From: an uncultured Acidobacteriota bacterium
Lineage (GTDB): Bacteria; Acidobacteriota; Vicinamibacteria; Vicinamibacterales; UBA8438
NCBI GenBank assembly: GCA_913043225.1
Contig: CAJWLU010000010.1
Span: 1 to 64,000, forward strand
Direction: 5' to 3'
DNA: 64,000 nt
Part shown: positions 49,762-59,398 of the stretch, piece by piece
How the letters are laid out: each line of letters begins with the position of its first letter
How positions within the stretch are numbered: position 1 is the first letter of the stretch
The notes under the pieces: generated by a model
Told to the model about the DNA's origin: nothing
The model's input: only the letters and a program-made list of their open reading frames with translations
The model's database searches: none
Translations under genes and position numbers: made by a program

Positions 49762-51246
49762 ATGTTGGAAGGGGCGTCGGTGCTAGTCATCGACGACGAG
49801 GAGATCATGCGGGAGATCCTGCAAACGCTCCTCGACCGAGAAGGATGCCGCGTGTCGGTGGCGGCGTCTGGCGAGGAAGGGCTCGCATTGGCCCGATCGC
49901 ACGCTTTCGATGTCGTCGTTGTCGACGTCATGATGCCTGGCATCGACGGGATCGAGACGCTGGACGAGTTACACGAGCTCGACGCCGAGCTGCCAGTGAT
50001 CCTCATCACCGCCTTCGCTTCGGTCGAGAACGCCATCGCTTCGATGAAGCGTGGGGCGTTCGATTACGTCACCAAGCCGTTCAAGAACGAAGAGGTGCTG
50101 GTCGTTCTGCGCAACGCCGTCGAGCGTCGACGGTTGGTGACTGAGAACCGTACCCTGCGCGAGAATCTGCGTGCCCGAACGAGCCAGTTTGGCGAAATCA
50201 TCGGCCAGAGCCCTCCAATGGGAAAGGTTTTCGACCTAATCGCGCAGGCGGCCCCGAGCCGGACTACTATCCTGGTCGAGGGTGAGAGCGGCACCGGCAA
50301 GGAGTTGGCGGCTCGGGCGCTCCATGGGAATTCGCCCCGCGCCGACCGACCGTTCGTCACCGTCAATTCTGGTAGCCTGCCGCCGGACCTGCTGGAGTCG
50401 AATCTCTTCGGACACCTGAAGGGCGCTTTCACTGGCGCGGTGGCGCCGAAGAAGGGATTGTTTGAGCTCGCCGACCGGGGGACCATCTTCTTCGACGAGA
50501 TCGGCAGTGTACCGCTTGAGACCCAGGCCAAGCTGCTTCGGGTGATTCAGGAGCGGGAGTTCATGCGGTTGGGCGGGGTCGACACCATCAAGGTGGACGC
50601 CAGGATCATCGCGGCGACCAACGTAGACCTCAAGGGGATGGTGGAGGAAGGCCGGTTCCGCGAGGACCTCTACTACCGACTCCACGTCATTACGGTGAAG
50701 TTGCCGCCGCTGCGCGAGCGCCGGGAGGACATTCGCCTGCTGGCGCAGCACTTCCTCGAAAAATACGGAGCGGAGAACGAGAAGCAGGACCTCGAGCTGA
50801 CCGCGGCCGCGCTCGATCTCATGGAGGATTACGACTGGCCAGGCAACGTTCGGGAACTCGAGAACGTCATCGAGCGGGCGGTCGTGCTCTCGACCGAGTC
50901 CCGGATTGGCCCCGAGCTGATCCCCGATGCCGTGCGGACATCGCGGCCGTTCCAGATTCCACAGTTCGTGATGCCTCCTGAAGGAATCTCCTTCAAGGAG
51001 GTCATTGCCGCGTTCGAGATCCAGCTGATCGAACGCACGCTCGTTGCCGCGGGGGGAGTGCAGAAGCGGGCGGCCGAGATGCTGCGGATCAAGCCCACGA
51101 CGCTGAACGAGATGATCAAGCGTCACGACATGCGACCCCGGCGTAGGCGGGCGGGCGCCAAGGCGACGCTCGATGCAGGCCCCGGGGACGGTGGAGCAAG
51201 TCAAGACCTAGCGCCCGGGCGGACGAGGGTCAACCGGCGGGTGTAG
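49762..51246 (+). CDS. Sigma54-dependent response regulator (NtrC family)
   Basis: IDDE, DVMMP, GESGTGKE, GAFTGA, WPGNVREL, C-terminal HTH. Confidence 0.95.
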   Translation: MLEGASVLVIDDEEIMREILQTLLDREGCRVSVAASGEEGLALARSHAFDVVVVDVMMPGIDGIETLDELHELDAELPVILITAFASVENAIASMKRGAFDYVTKPFKNEEVLVVLRNAVERRRLVTENRTLRENLRARTSQFGEIIGQSPPMGKVFDLIAQAAPSRTTILVEGESGTGKELAARALHGNSPRADRPFVTVNSGSLPPDLLESNLFGHLKGAFTGAVAPKKGLFELADRGTIFFDEIGSVPLETQAKLLRVIQEREFMRLGGVDTIKVDARIIAATNVDLKGMVEEGRFREDLYYRLHVITVKLPPLRERREDIRLLAQHFLEKYGAENEKQDLELTAAALDLMEDYDWPGNVRELENVIERAVVLSTESRIGPELIPDAVRTSRPFQIPQFVMPPEGISFKEVIAAFEIQLIERTLVAAGGVQKRAAEMLRIKPTTLNEMIKRHDMRPRRRRAGAKATLDAGPGDGGASQDLAPGRTRVNRRV

Positions 51247-51308
51247 TGGGCTGGCCCCGGTGATGAAGAAAGGTTCTTGGGCGGTTTTTTGGCGGATTGC
51301 CGAGAAAC

Positions 51309-52646
51309 CTAGTTCTTGCGCCCGCCTCGACGGCGCCCCCGGCGCTGGCGTCCCTCCTGACGGGGACGTCGTACGCCGCCAATCAGACGATCGTACTTGT
51401 CCATGATGACGTCCCACCGGTAGTTCGCCCGGACATACTGTCTGCCGTGCCGGCCCATCACGGCGCGCAGTCGGTCGTCGGCCACGAGCATGCGGAGGCA
51501 TTCGTGGAATTCTTCCCGGCTGCCGTAGTAGAGCCCGCCGTTGCTGCGCTGGCAGTGGTCCATGACCACCTCGCTCCGGGCATTGGCCAACACCGGGGTT
51601 CCCACTGAGAACGCTTCGAGGGCCAGGAGCGACAGGCTTTCGAACGGAGACGGTACGACGACGACCGTGGCCGCCTCGAGTGCTTCGAAGCGTTCGGTCT
51701 CCGAGAGCATGCCGGCGAAGCGGACACTCGGTGACTCGGGAATCGGCATGAGCTTGAGGCCCATAAGGACCAGCGACGCATCGCCGTTCGCTTCCGCGTA
51801 GGAACCGAAGTAGTCCAGCAGCTCCTCGCACCCTTTCCCCGGGTCGATCCGACCGCCGTAGAGCGCGAATGGTTCATATAGTCGATGCCGACGCCGAAAG
51901 ACGGCTCCCCGCGCTGTCAACGGACTCCCGAGGGGCTGGTCCCCGTTTGACTCGCTGTTGTCGTCCTCCTCGGCCGCCGCTTCGGGTTCCTGGGTGCCGC
52001 CACGCGCATGACCCGGGAGCTCGTGCAGTCTCGACGGGGGGAGCTCGACACCGCAGCCAACTGTTTCTTCGACCTTTGCCTGTACATTGAAGAGTTGCTT
52101 CAGGAAACCGCGCTCCACATGGGTGTTGTAGGCGATGCCCGCCGGGAGCGAGAACACCTCCCGATATAGGCCGAGACGGATCGCTGGTTCATCGTGGGCC
52201 GTGGGTACCAGAATGCTCCGAGCCGGGTCGATCTTGAGACCGAGGACCGTCGGCGCATACAGGTAGGTAAAGAAGATGAGGGTATCGTAGCGCTTATGGT
52301 GTTGCTTGAGATACTCGAGCAGTGCTGGGCTCCAGGGACCCTGCTGTTCGAGCCATTTTTGCTCGTCGGCCGGTGTGTGCTCGTTGTGGAAGATCCAGTC
52401 CGAGTACTCGTTGAATGACTGGAGGTCGCGAGTCCGATCGGTCGGAAACCGTCGCACCGTCACGCCCCGGATCCGATCCTCGCCTTCCGGATACTCGTTC
52501 TTCCACGTGATGTAGTCGCGGGCACAGGTCGTCAGCACGTCGACCTGGTGGCGGGTGGCAAGCCGCTCGGCGATGAGACGGCAGTGATACTCGGAGCCGC
52601 CAATGAGCTCCGCGCCGTAACGCTGTATGACGAACGCGATCTTCAC
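51309..52646 (-). CDS. GT4 glycosyltransferase
   Basis: IQRYG..GGSE, GRIDPGKG, FESLSLLALEA. Confidence 0.9.
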   Translation of the reverse strand: MKIAFVIQRYGAELIGGSEYHCRLIAERLATRHQVDVLTTCARDYITWKNEYPEGEDRIRGVTVRRFPTDRTRDLQSFNEYSDWIFHNEHTPADEQKWLEQQGPWSPALLEYLKQHHKRYDTLIFFTYLYAPTVLGLKIDPARSILVPTAHDEPAIRLGLYREVFSLPAGIAYNTHVERGFLKQLFNVQAKVEETVGCGVELPPSRLHELPGHARGGTQEPEAAAEEDDNSESNGDQPLGSPLTARGAVFRRRHRLYEPFALYGGRIDPGKGCEELLDYFGSYAEANGDASLVLMGLKLMPIPESPSVRFAGMLSETERFEALEAATVVVVPSPFESLSLLALEAFSVGTPVLANARSEVVMDHCQRSNGGLYYGSREEFHECLRMLVADDRLRAVMGRHGRQYVRANYRWDVIMDKYDRLIGGVRRPRQEGRQRRGRRRGGRKN

Positions 52647-52654
52647 CGTATCCT

Positions 52655-53719
52655 CTAGGCGAATTGCGCGACCAGTCGATCAAGATGACCGGCAAAGGTC
52701 GCGTCAGAGAAATCACGGAGCCGTCGCCGCTGACCCTCGATGACCTGGGCGCGCAGCCCGTCATCGTACACCAGGAGCCCGAGCGTCTCAGCGGCGTACT
52801 CGAAGTCCTTGGGTGAGAAGGCGATGCCAGCCCCGCCTAAGGTTTCTGGCACAGCCGTGGAGGCATAGGCCAGTACCGGGACATTGGTGGCCATCGCTTC
52901 GAGGAGCGGCACACAGAAGCCTTCGTGTTCACTGAGTGAGACGTAGGCGCTGGCGGTGCGATAGAACACTGCCAGGTCGGCGTCCGGGACCGAGCCCACA
53001 AACCAGAAGCGCTCGCTCGTCATCCGGTATTCGTTCATTAGCGCCCGGATCATCGAGTAGTAGCGAGGACATGCGTCTTCCCGCCCCACGAAGATGAAGC
53101 GGTAGAACGCGTCAATGTAGCGTTTGTACTGCTCGGCCAGGCGCAGGTGATCCTCGAGCTTCTTGTTTGGCACCATTCGGCCTACGAACAAGATGTTGGT
53201 GAGTCCGTCTCTGAGCACGCGCTCGAGGGCCGGCCGCGGGGGAGCGGACGTCAACCGCTCGGTATCGACGGCGATCGGAAACACGCCGGTTTCGGCGAAT
53301 CCGAGCGCCTCCAGTTCCTGGCGGTTGTACTCCGAGTCGCCTAGGGCCAGATCAACCCGGCCGACTAGGCTGGCGAGTTCTTCACGTCCTCGGGTGACCA
53401 GACCGACCAGACTGGCGTCGTATCCTGCGAAGAAATGCGCCGGGGTGATGTTGTGGTACTGAATGACTCGCCCCGTCTCCAGGCTGGCCAGGGCTTCGGT
53501 CAACGGTGAGGCGATGGCGAAGTGCAGGATCGTCACGTCGCCGCGTCGAGCCTCGGGATCCGAGAACGGGCGGATCTCTCCTTGAAGGTCCTCGTCGATG
53601 GTCAGCGCGAAGATGTCGGATTCGTGTCCGAGGGAGCGCAGAAGCGCGCGGACTCGCCTGGCGCTATCGCCGACCGCGTCGCCGCGGTGCGCTGCGGGCA
53701 ACCATTGGTTGATGATCAT
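52655..53719 (-). CDS. GT4 glycosyltransferase
   Basis: YHNITP, FVGRMVPNK, SEHEGFCVPLLEA. Confidence 0.9.
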   Translation of the reverse strand: MIINQWLPAAHRGDAVGDSARRVRALLRSLGHESDIFALTIDEDLQGEIRPFSDPEARRGDVTILHFAIASPLTEALASLETGRVIQYHNITPAHFFAGYDASLVGLVTRGREELASLVGRVDLALGDSEYNRQELEALGFAETGVFPIAVDTERLTSAPPRPALERVLRDGLTNILFVGRMVPNKKLEDHLRLAEQYKRYIDAFYRFIFVGREDACPRYYSMIRALMNEYRMTSERFWFVGSVPDADLAVFYRTASAYVSLSEHEGFCVPLLEAMATNVPVLAYASTAVPETLGGAGIAFSPKDFEYAAETLGLLVYDDGLRAQVIEGQRRRLRDFSDATFAGHLDRLVAQFA

Positions 53720-53743
53720 TGGTTCACGAATGGTGGCGCCGGG

Positions 53744-54979
53744 TCACGGGTTCTCACTACCCTCACCTGTTGCGAACGGCAGTGCTTTGTAAGCCGATGG
53801 TCGGTATAGCCGTAGCTCCTCGAGTCGCTCCCATTCCGCGAACCGATCCCAGAAGTCGTCTCGCACCCGTGGACGGGGCTTTCGTGGCGTCTCGACCACC
53901 CGGTCGATCGCCGCGAGCAGCGTCCCACGAAAGTCGCGCGCCAGCAGGCGGTTGAGCGCGGCATCCTGTTCGCGAACGATCTCCTCTTCGAGGGTGGGGT
54001 TCGACAGCACGGTGTGCAGGATCGAGGCAACATGACGCGGGTCCTTCGACTCGTACAGCACGCCGGCGCCATCCATTGTCGCCGGTACCGCCGCCGCGGC
54101 GTAGGCCACTACCGGGACCCGTTTCGAAAACGCTTCAATCAACGGGACGCAGAATCCCTCATGTTCGCTGGCCGACAAGAAGAGGTCCGCCACGTCGTAG
54201 CAGGCGGTCAGCTCGGCGTTGGAAACGTGGCCCAGCAGGTGCACATCAGGCACCCTGAGATCTGCGATCAGATGGTGTAAAGACGCGAGGTAGGACTCGA
54301 ACCCACCCCAGGAGCCGACCAGCAGAAGCCGCGATCGGGGCTGGTACTTGGCGCGGTAGGCGTGATAGAAGCGGATGACGTCCTCGATCCGCTTGTTCGG
54401 GATCACGCGGCCCACGAACATGAGGTTTACCCGTTCATCATCGAATTCGGAGACGAGCGTCAGGTCTGGGGTTTCCTCGAGATGGGTTAGGCTCGGCACC
54501 ACCGGAAGCACGCCGGTCCGCTCGAAACCGAAGCGCGCGAGTTCTTGCCGGTTGAACTCCGAATCTCCCAGGGCAAGATCGCAGCGGTCGACGTAGGCCT
54601 GGAGCTCGCGCCGTCCGCTATAGCAGAAACGGACGAGATCCTTATGTACGCCGACGAAGTACTCCGGCGGCGTGATGTTGTGATAAACGAGCGCCATGCG
54701 GTCCGGCAGCGCGTAGGCGATGCGTGACGCCCGGGATCCGATTGAGAAGTGGTGGATCAGGATGTTGTCCGGGTGCGAGGCATCGATAAGGTCGCGGTAG
54801 TCCAGTGTGAGATCTTCGAGTCGCGGATCGGCGGTTTCCACAAAGATCTCCGATTCGTACCCTGCCTCGCGCAGCACGCGGGTGATGCCCAGGACTTCGT
54901 TGCCGATGGCGTCTCCGTAGCCCAGCGTGGCGAGCACCTGATGCACCGCGGGGGGGCGGCCCGACCTGGCGCTACTCAT
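53744..54979 (-). CDS. GT4 glycosyltransferase
   Basis: GDAIGN, YHNITP, FVGRVIPNK, SEHEGFCVPLIEA; ATGA overlap with the upstream gene fixes the start. Confidence 0.9.
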   Translation of the reverse strand: MSSARSGRPPAVHQVLATLGYGDAIGNEVLGITRVLREAGYESEIFVETADPRLEDLTLDYRDLIDASHPDNILIHHFSIGSRASRIAYALPDRMALVYHNITPPEYFVGVHKDLVRFCYSGRRELQAYVDRCDLALGDSEFNRQELARFGFERTGVLPVVPSLTHLEETPDLTLVSEFDDERVNLMFVGRVIPNKRIEDVIRFYHAYRAKYQPRSRLLLVGSWGGFESYLASLHHLIADLRVPDVHLLGHVSNAELTACYDVADLFLSASEHEGFCVPLIEAFSKRVPVVAYAAAAVPATMDGAGVLYESKDPRHVASILHTVLSNPTLEEEIVREQDAALNRLLARDFRGTLLAAIDRVVETPRKPRPRVRDDFWDRFAEWERLEELRLYRPSAYKALPFATGEGSENP

Positions 54980-56283
54980 GACGCCGCCGCTCCGCCCTCG
55001 CCGCTGGCTGGTCCGCGGGGGAGCCGGTCGACCACGTCGCTCGCCGGTGGTACGGTCCGGCGACGACGGCCGAACCAGCCAGGTATTGCTTCCCGAGCCG
55101 GTCGGTTGGCCGGATCTTCTTGCTGGAGCCGGTCGAACATGTCCAGATACTTCCGTTCGATGGTCGGCCAGGTGTAGTGCCGGTCGAAGTAGATCCGTCC
55201 GTTGGCGCCGAGCGCTTCGCGGAGCCGGCGCTGCGTCAGGATTATGTGTAGCGACTCGGCGAATTCCTCGTAGTTCTCGTAATAGAGACCCGCATTGCTG
55301 CGGACGCACTGCCCGCACAGAACGTCGCACTTACCATTGGCGAGCACGGGGCGCCCCAGGGCCCACGCTTCGAGCGTGACCATCGACAGGCTTTCGTAGT
55401 AGGACGGAATCACAAGGAGCTCGGCGGCCGCCATGGCGTCGAACTTCTCCTCGTCACTGACGAAGCCAAGGTGCCGGATGCGCGGATGCTCCGGGATAGC
55501 CATGATCGGGTTGCCGATGAGCACCAGTGTCAGGGCCTGGTCGATCCTGGCGTATCGTTGGAAGAAGTCGAAGAGTTCCTTGCACCCTTTGTTCTCGTCG
55601 ATGCGGCCAACATAGATAAGGGTGGGGCCATGTAGTCCGGTTCGCTGACGAAACCGGTCGGGTTGGGGATCCGACGGCACTTCCGAGCCGATGCCCACCA
55701 CCACGCCAGGGACCCGTTCGTTGCCGGACACACCTTGGATCAGCGCGCGCTCTTCGTGCGAGTTGTACATCAGCGCTCGCACGCCACGGAACGCCGGACC
55801 GAAGATCTCGAGGCCGAGTGCCGGATCCCGCTCGGCGGTAGGCACGAGCACCGCCTGATCCGGTGTTACGCGCGCCCCGTGATAGGCGTGGTAGTAGCGA
55901 TAGCTGAAGAAGACGCAGAAATCGTACTCGTGCCCGTGCCGTCGCAGGTGCTTGACGAGAGCCGGGGAGGTCGGTCCCTCGCTGCGGAGCCAGGCGAGCT
56001 CGGACCCGATGGAGTGCTCTTCCCCGAACACGTGCTCGGACCGTCGTCCGAAGTCGTCAGGATCACGTTCTCGACTCACCGGGAAGCGACAAACCGGAAT
56101 CCCATTCACCTGTTCGACCCCAGGGGTCAGGTCGTTCTTCCAGGTGATGTAGTCGGTCGTGCTCGTGGTGAGCACTTCGACGTCGGCATGTGGAGCGAGG
56201 TGCTCAGCAACGTATCTGGCGTGGAGCTCGGCGCCGCCGTTCAGGTCGGCGCCGTAGCGCTGGACGACGACGGCAAGCTTCAC
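54976..56283 (-). CDS. GT4 glycosyltransferase
   Basis: VQRYG..GGAE, GRIDENKG, YESLSMVTLEAW. Confidence 0.9.
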   Translation of the reverse strand: MKLAVVVQRYGADLNGGAELHARYVAEHLAPHADVEVLTTSTTDYITWKNDLTPGVEQVNGIPVCRFPVSRERDPDDFGRRSEHVFGEEHSIGSELAWLRSEGPTSPALVKHLRRHGHEYDFCVFFSYRYYHAYHGARVTPDQAVLVPTAERDPALGLEIFGPAFRGVRALMYNSHEERALIQGVSGNERVPGVVVGIGSEVPSDPQPDRFRQRTGLHGPTLIYVGRIDENKGCKELFDFFQRYARIDQALTLVLIGNPIMAIPEHPRIRHLGFVSDEEKFDAMAAAELLVIPSYYESLSMVTLEAWALGRPVLANGKCDVLCGQCVRSNAGLYYENYEEFAESLHIILTQRRLREALGANGRIYFDRHYTWPTIERKYLDMFDRLQQEDPANRPAREAIPGWFGRRRRTVPPASDVVDRLPRGPASGEGGAAAS

Positions 56284-57407
56284 TGCTCGTCGGGATCGCC
56301 TGAGCGTTCTCCCGGCTCCGGGTCCGCCGATACTGGCGTGTCCTGGGGACCACCCGCGTCTCCTCCGGCGTCGCCTGTAGTCGGTGGCGAGGCGAGCGTG
56401 GCTGTCTCAACGGATGGAGCCGTCTCTGGCGCCGCCGCGCTCGGGACCGGCTCCTCCGGCGTCGGGCTCGCTGTGTCTGTGTCGACGGCCGGTGCGCTTG
56501 CCTCGGCCGACGTGCCGCCGCCGCTCGGCTCGGGAGCCGCGTCTGTTGGCACCGGTGTGTCGCCGTTTCCGCCGTCGGTCGCTGGCTGGGTTGCCGCCGG
56601 GGCGTCCGCCTCGCCCGAGCCGCCGCCCCGGCGACGTGACCGTCGCCGCCGCCGCCGGGTGCGTCCCGACCCAGAGCCGCTCGTGCTGTCGCCGTCCCTC
56701 GACCCGGCTTCGTCAGTCGACGGGGTCGAGCGGTGCTGTACCACGGTTTCCAGCGCACGCGCCCGACGTTCGGCGAAGTCTAGTCGGCCGGCCACCGATT
56801 CGACCCGCATCATGTGGTTCTTCATGTCCACTGACAGTCGGGTCATCTCGACGACGAGGTTGTTCAGCACCTCGTAGTTCAGCGAATCGAGCTCTTCGCG
56901 TGCCTGGAATTTTGCGCCGGCCCGCTCGAACTGCTTCGTGACCCGTTCGGCTAGGTCGGTCTGCTGTTGCAAGAGCTGAAGGGTGTAGGCGTTGATCTCG
57001 GCCTGCCGAGTCAGGGCATGGACCATCGGGTCAGGGTTGAACAGTAGTTTGAGAAACGGATTCAGGAGTTTCCGGATCATCTGGATGATTTTGCCCGTAG
57101 GTCCACGGGATGACTTGTAGATGGTTTCCGTGTCGAACTCGAACGACTCGGGAGGCGGTCCCAGGAGCGACGGAGTCGACCAGTCGATCGGGTCCTGCCC
57201 CTCCGCAGCATCCAGTTGACGATACTGCTCGACCAGACCCGAGCGGACCTGCCGGGGGTCGAGAAAGCGTTCGAGTTTCACCGAGGCGAGCTCGCGAACA
57301 TGCTCCTCGGTGTAGTCGGCGCCCCGCTTTTCACGGATACGTTCGCGGATCTGCTCCATGATCCGGGTGACGTCGACGGAATCTGACTGAATGTTGAACT
57401 CGGCCAT
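56280..57407 (-). CDS. Hypothetical coiled-coil protein with Arg-rich patch and disordered P/A/T/D tail
   Basis: Helical N-terminal region, RTRRRRRRSRRR, low-complexity C-terminus; overlaps the GT start. Confidence 0.7.
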   Translation of the reverse strand: MAEFNIQSDSVDVTRIMEQIRERIREKRGADYTEEHVRELASVKLERFLDPRQVRSGLVEQYRQLDAAEGQDPIDWSTPSLLGPPPESFEFDTETIYKSSRGPTGKIIQMIRKLLNPFLKLLFNPDPMVHALTRQAEINAYTLQLLQQQTDLAERVTKQFERAGAKFQAREELDSLNYEVLNNLVVEMTRLSVDMKNHMMRVESVAGRLDFAERRARALETVVQHRSTPSTDEAGSRDGDSTSGSGSGRTRRRRRRSRRRGGGSGEADAPAATQPATDGGNGDTPVPTDAAPEPSGGGTSAEASAPAVDTDTASPTPEEPVPSAAAPETAPSVETATLASPPTTGDAGGDAGGPQDTPVSADPEPGERSGDPDEQ

Positions 57408-57439
57408 TGTGTGCCAGATAAGTGTAGTTGATGCGGGCG

Positions 57440-58384
57440 TTATCCGAGCGGGCGGTAGATGATCAGGGCGACCGCTACCGACCAGCCCACGGCGCACCAG
57501 GCCAGCCCGCGGTCCCGTAGCAACAGGTCGGAGGGACTGGCCAGCGGGTGTTCTCGCATGATCAGCAGATAGCGGAGTACCCCATAGACCGGGAATGGAA
57601 TCGTCAAGGTCAGCAGATCGGTGCCGAAGGTGGCGATCGTGTTCGGGTCGGTTGTGTAGACCGCATAGCTCAGCACGGTGGCTCCGGCCACGATCGTGAC
57701 CATCTGGTCGAGTCCCTGCACACTGTAGCGGCCCAGCGCCGGCCGATGCTCGGTCGCATGCTCACCCAGTGCGTCCACCTCCTGTCGCCGCTTGGTGAGG
57801 CCGAGGAACAGGGCGCCCAGCAAGGTACAGACCAGTAGCCACTGGCTCGACGGAACGCCGACGGCGACGGCGCCAGCCACCGCCCTGAGTACGAAGCCGA
57901 CCGCGATCGTCAGCACGTCGAGCACGACCATGTGCTTGAGGAGCCGTGAGTAGAGCGTGAGCAACGCGACGAACAGCAGCGATAGCCCGCCCAGCATCGG
58001 GTTGAGAACGAAGCCGGCACCGAGACCAAGCGCCAGCAACACCACGACGGCGCCGATCGCCACGCCGCTTGAGATACGTCCGGCGGCGATCGGGCGCTTG
58101 GCCTTGACCGGATGCAGCCGGTCTGCTCTCCGGTCTCCTAGGTCGTTGACGAGATACATCGCGCTCGACAGTGCGCAGAACGCGCCGAAGGCGCCGGCCG
58201 CCCTGAAGACGGACGTTGGTTCCATCAGTTGCCCGCCAAAGACGAGCCCGGCGAACACGATCAGGTTCTTGGTCCACTGGTCCGGCCGGAGGGAGGTGAC
58301 GAGGTCGGCCGTTAGGTTGAAGGCCGACGTCTCCCGGTGGGGCGAGACGTCGGTCATCCCGTGCTCGGAGCTGTAGTGCGCCAT
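57440..58384 (-). CDS. UbiA family, decaprenyl-phosphate phosphoribosyltransferase-like
   Basis: RPDQWTKN, YLVNDLGDRRADRLHPVKAKRP, GFVLRA, KRRQE. Confidence 0.88.
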   Translation of the reverse strand: MAHYSSEHGMTDVSPHRETSAFNLTADLVTSLRPDQWTKNLIVFAGLVFGGQLMEPTSVFRAAGAFGAFCALSSAMYLVNDLGDRRADRLHPVKAKRPIAAGRISSGVAIGAVVVLLALGLGAGFVLNPMLGGLSLLFVALLTLYSRLLKHMVVLDVLTIAVGFVLRAVAGAVAVGVPSSQWLLVCTLLGALFLGLTKRRQEVDALGEHATEHRPALGRYSVQGLDQMVTIVAGATVLSYAVYTTDPNTIATFGTDLLTLTIPFPVYGVLRYLLIMREHPLASPSDLLLRDRGLAWCAVGWSVAVALIIYRPLG

Positions 58385-58429
58385 CGCGTCCGGCGCCCCG
58401 CGCCGGAGCGGGGCGGGGCGACCCGACGG

Positions 58430-58771
58430 TCAGCTGCTGAAGCTGCTGACCGCGTCGGCTTCGGACTCGAAGGTGTCGAACACCGTCAACAGCTTGGTGA
58501 TGGCCAGCAGGTCGGTGATCCGCTTCGTGAGGTTCACGAGCTTTAGAGTGCCACCTTGGCGGCTAACGGTCGTGTAGGTCCGCACGATCTCGCCGAGACC
58601 GGCACTGTCGACGTAGGGAACGTCTTCGAGGTTCAGTAGCAGGTTCTTGTGTCCCTGCTGCAGCAGGTTGTTGATCTTTTCCTTCAGGAGCTCGTCGCCT
58701 TCGCCGATGGTGAGCTTCCCTTTCAGATCCAGCACGACGACGTTCTCGAGTGTTCTTTCCTCGATTTCCAT
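58430..58771 (-). CDS. Anti-sigma factor antagonist (STAS domain)
   Basis: LNLEDVPYVDSAGLG with phosphoacceptor Ser. Confidence 0.92.
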   Translation of the reverse strand: MEIEERTLENVVVLDLKGKLTIGEGDELLKEKINNLLQQGHKNLLLNLEDVPYVDSAGLGEIVRTYTTVSRQGGTLKLVNLTKRITDLLAITKLLTVFDTFESEADAVSSFSS

Positions 58772-58859
58772 GAAGACTCTCCCACTGAGTTCCCGGCGCG
58801 GTATGAAACGCCGTAAGACCCTGTGCTATTGAGCTTTAACTGACTCAGAGCCGCTGAAA

Positions 58860-58888
58860 AAAGTACTATGATCCCTGGGGTCTGTCAA
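58860..58888 (-). promoter_or_regulatory. Sigma70-type promoter upstream of the STAS gene
   Basis: Minus strand TTGACA, 17-bp spacer, TACTTT. Confidence 0.55.
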
Positions 58889-58913
58889 ATACACGCTGAC
58901 ACTGGCGGTCGGC

Positions 58914-59111
58914 CTACTCGGTCTCGCGACGCTGCTTCTTGCGGGTGCGCTTTCGAGCAAGGGCTTGCTTCGCTCGGCGCTTGTCACCAGGTTTCAAGTA
59001 GTACGAGTGCTTCTTGATGTCCTTGATGATGTCTTCCTGCTGGACCTTTCGCTTGAAGCGGCGCAACGCGCTCTCAACCGATTCGCCCTCATTGATTTTG
59101 ACCTCAGCCAA
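58914..59111 (-). CDS. rpsU: 30S ribosomal protein S21
   Basis: TTG start after GGAGGTG; ESVESALRRFKRK, YYLKP. Confidence 0.93.
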   Translation of the reverse strand: MAEVKINEGESVESALRRFKRKVQQEDIIKDIKKHSYYLKPGDKRRAKQALARKRTRKKQRRETE

Positions 59112-59264
59112 ACTGCTTGACACCTCCCTCGCGCGGTCAGCGATGCCGTCTTCGCGGGGGCCCGGCATCCGCGGTGCCGGAGCTCATCGAGTGTGCTAGG
59201 CTAGCCCCGGCCAGCTGGCCGGAACGAGCATTGGTTGCCCCGCTTGCTTAAGGGGCAAACAGAA

Positions 59265-59294
59265 ATTCTAGTGCCCTATTGTGTTGTGGCGCAA
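59265..59294 (-). promoter_or_regulatory. Possible sigma70 promoter for rpsU
   Basis: Minus strand TTGCGC, 18-bp spacer, TAGAAT. Confidence 0.4.
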
Positions 59295-59398
59295 CAGAAT
59301 TCACGGGCGCGACAGGTTGTCTGCGGCCGGGGCAACCGACGTTCCCGCCCCACCCACGTGAGGTCGGTGGCGTTGGCGTTCCATTTCGAGGCTGATTC

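Noticed and set aside
53744..55330. Extended N-termini in the ORF track (55330, 41397, 13993, 38693, 57497, 59168)
   Set aside because: They overlap neighbouring genes or promoters; downstream starts have SD, -10 or ATGA-coupling support.
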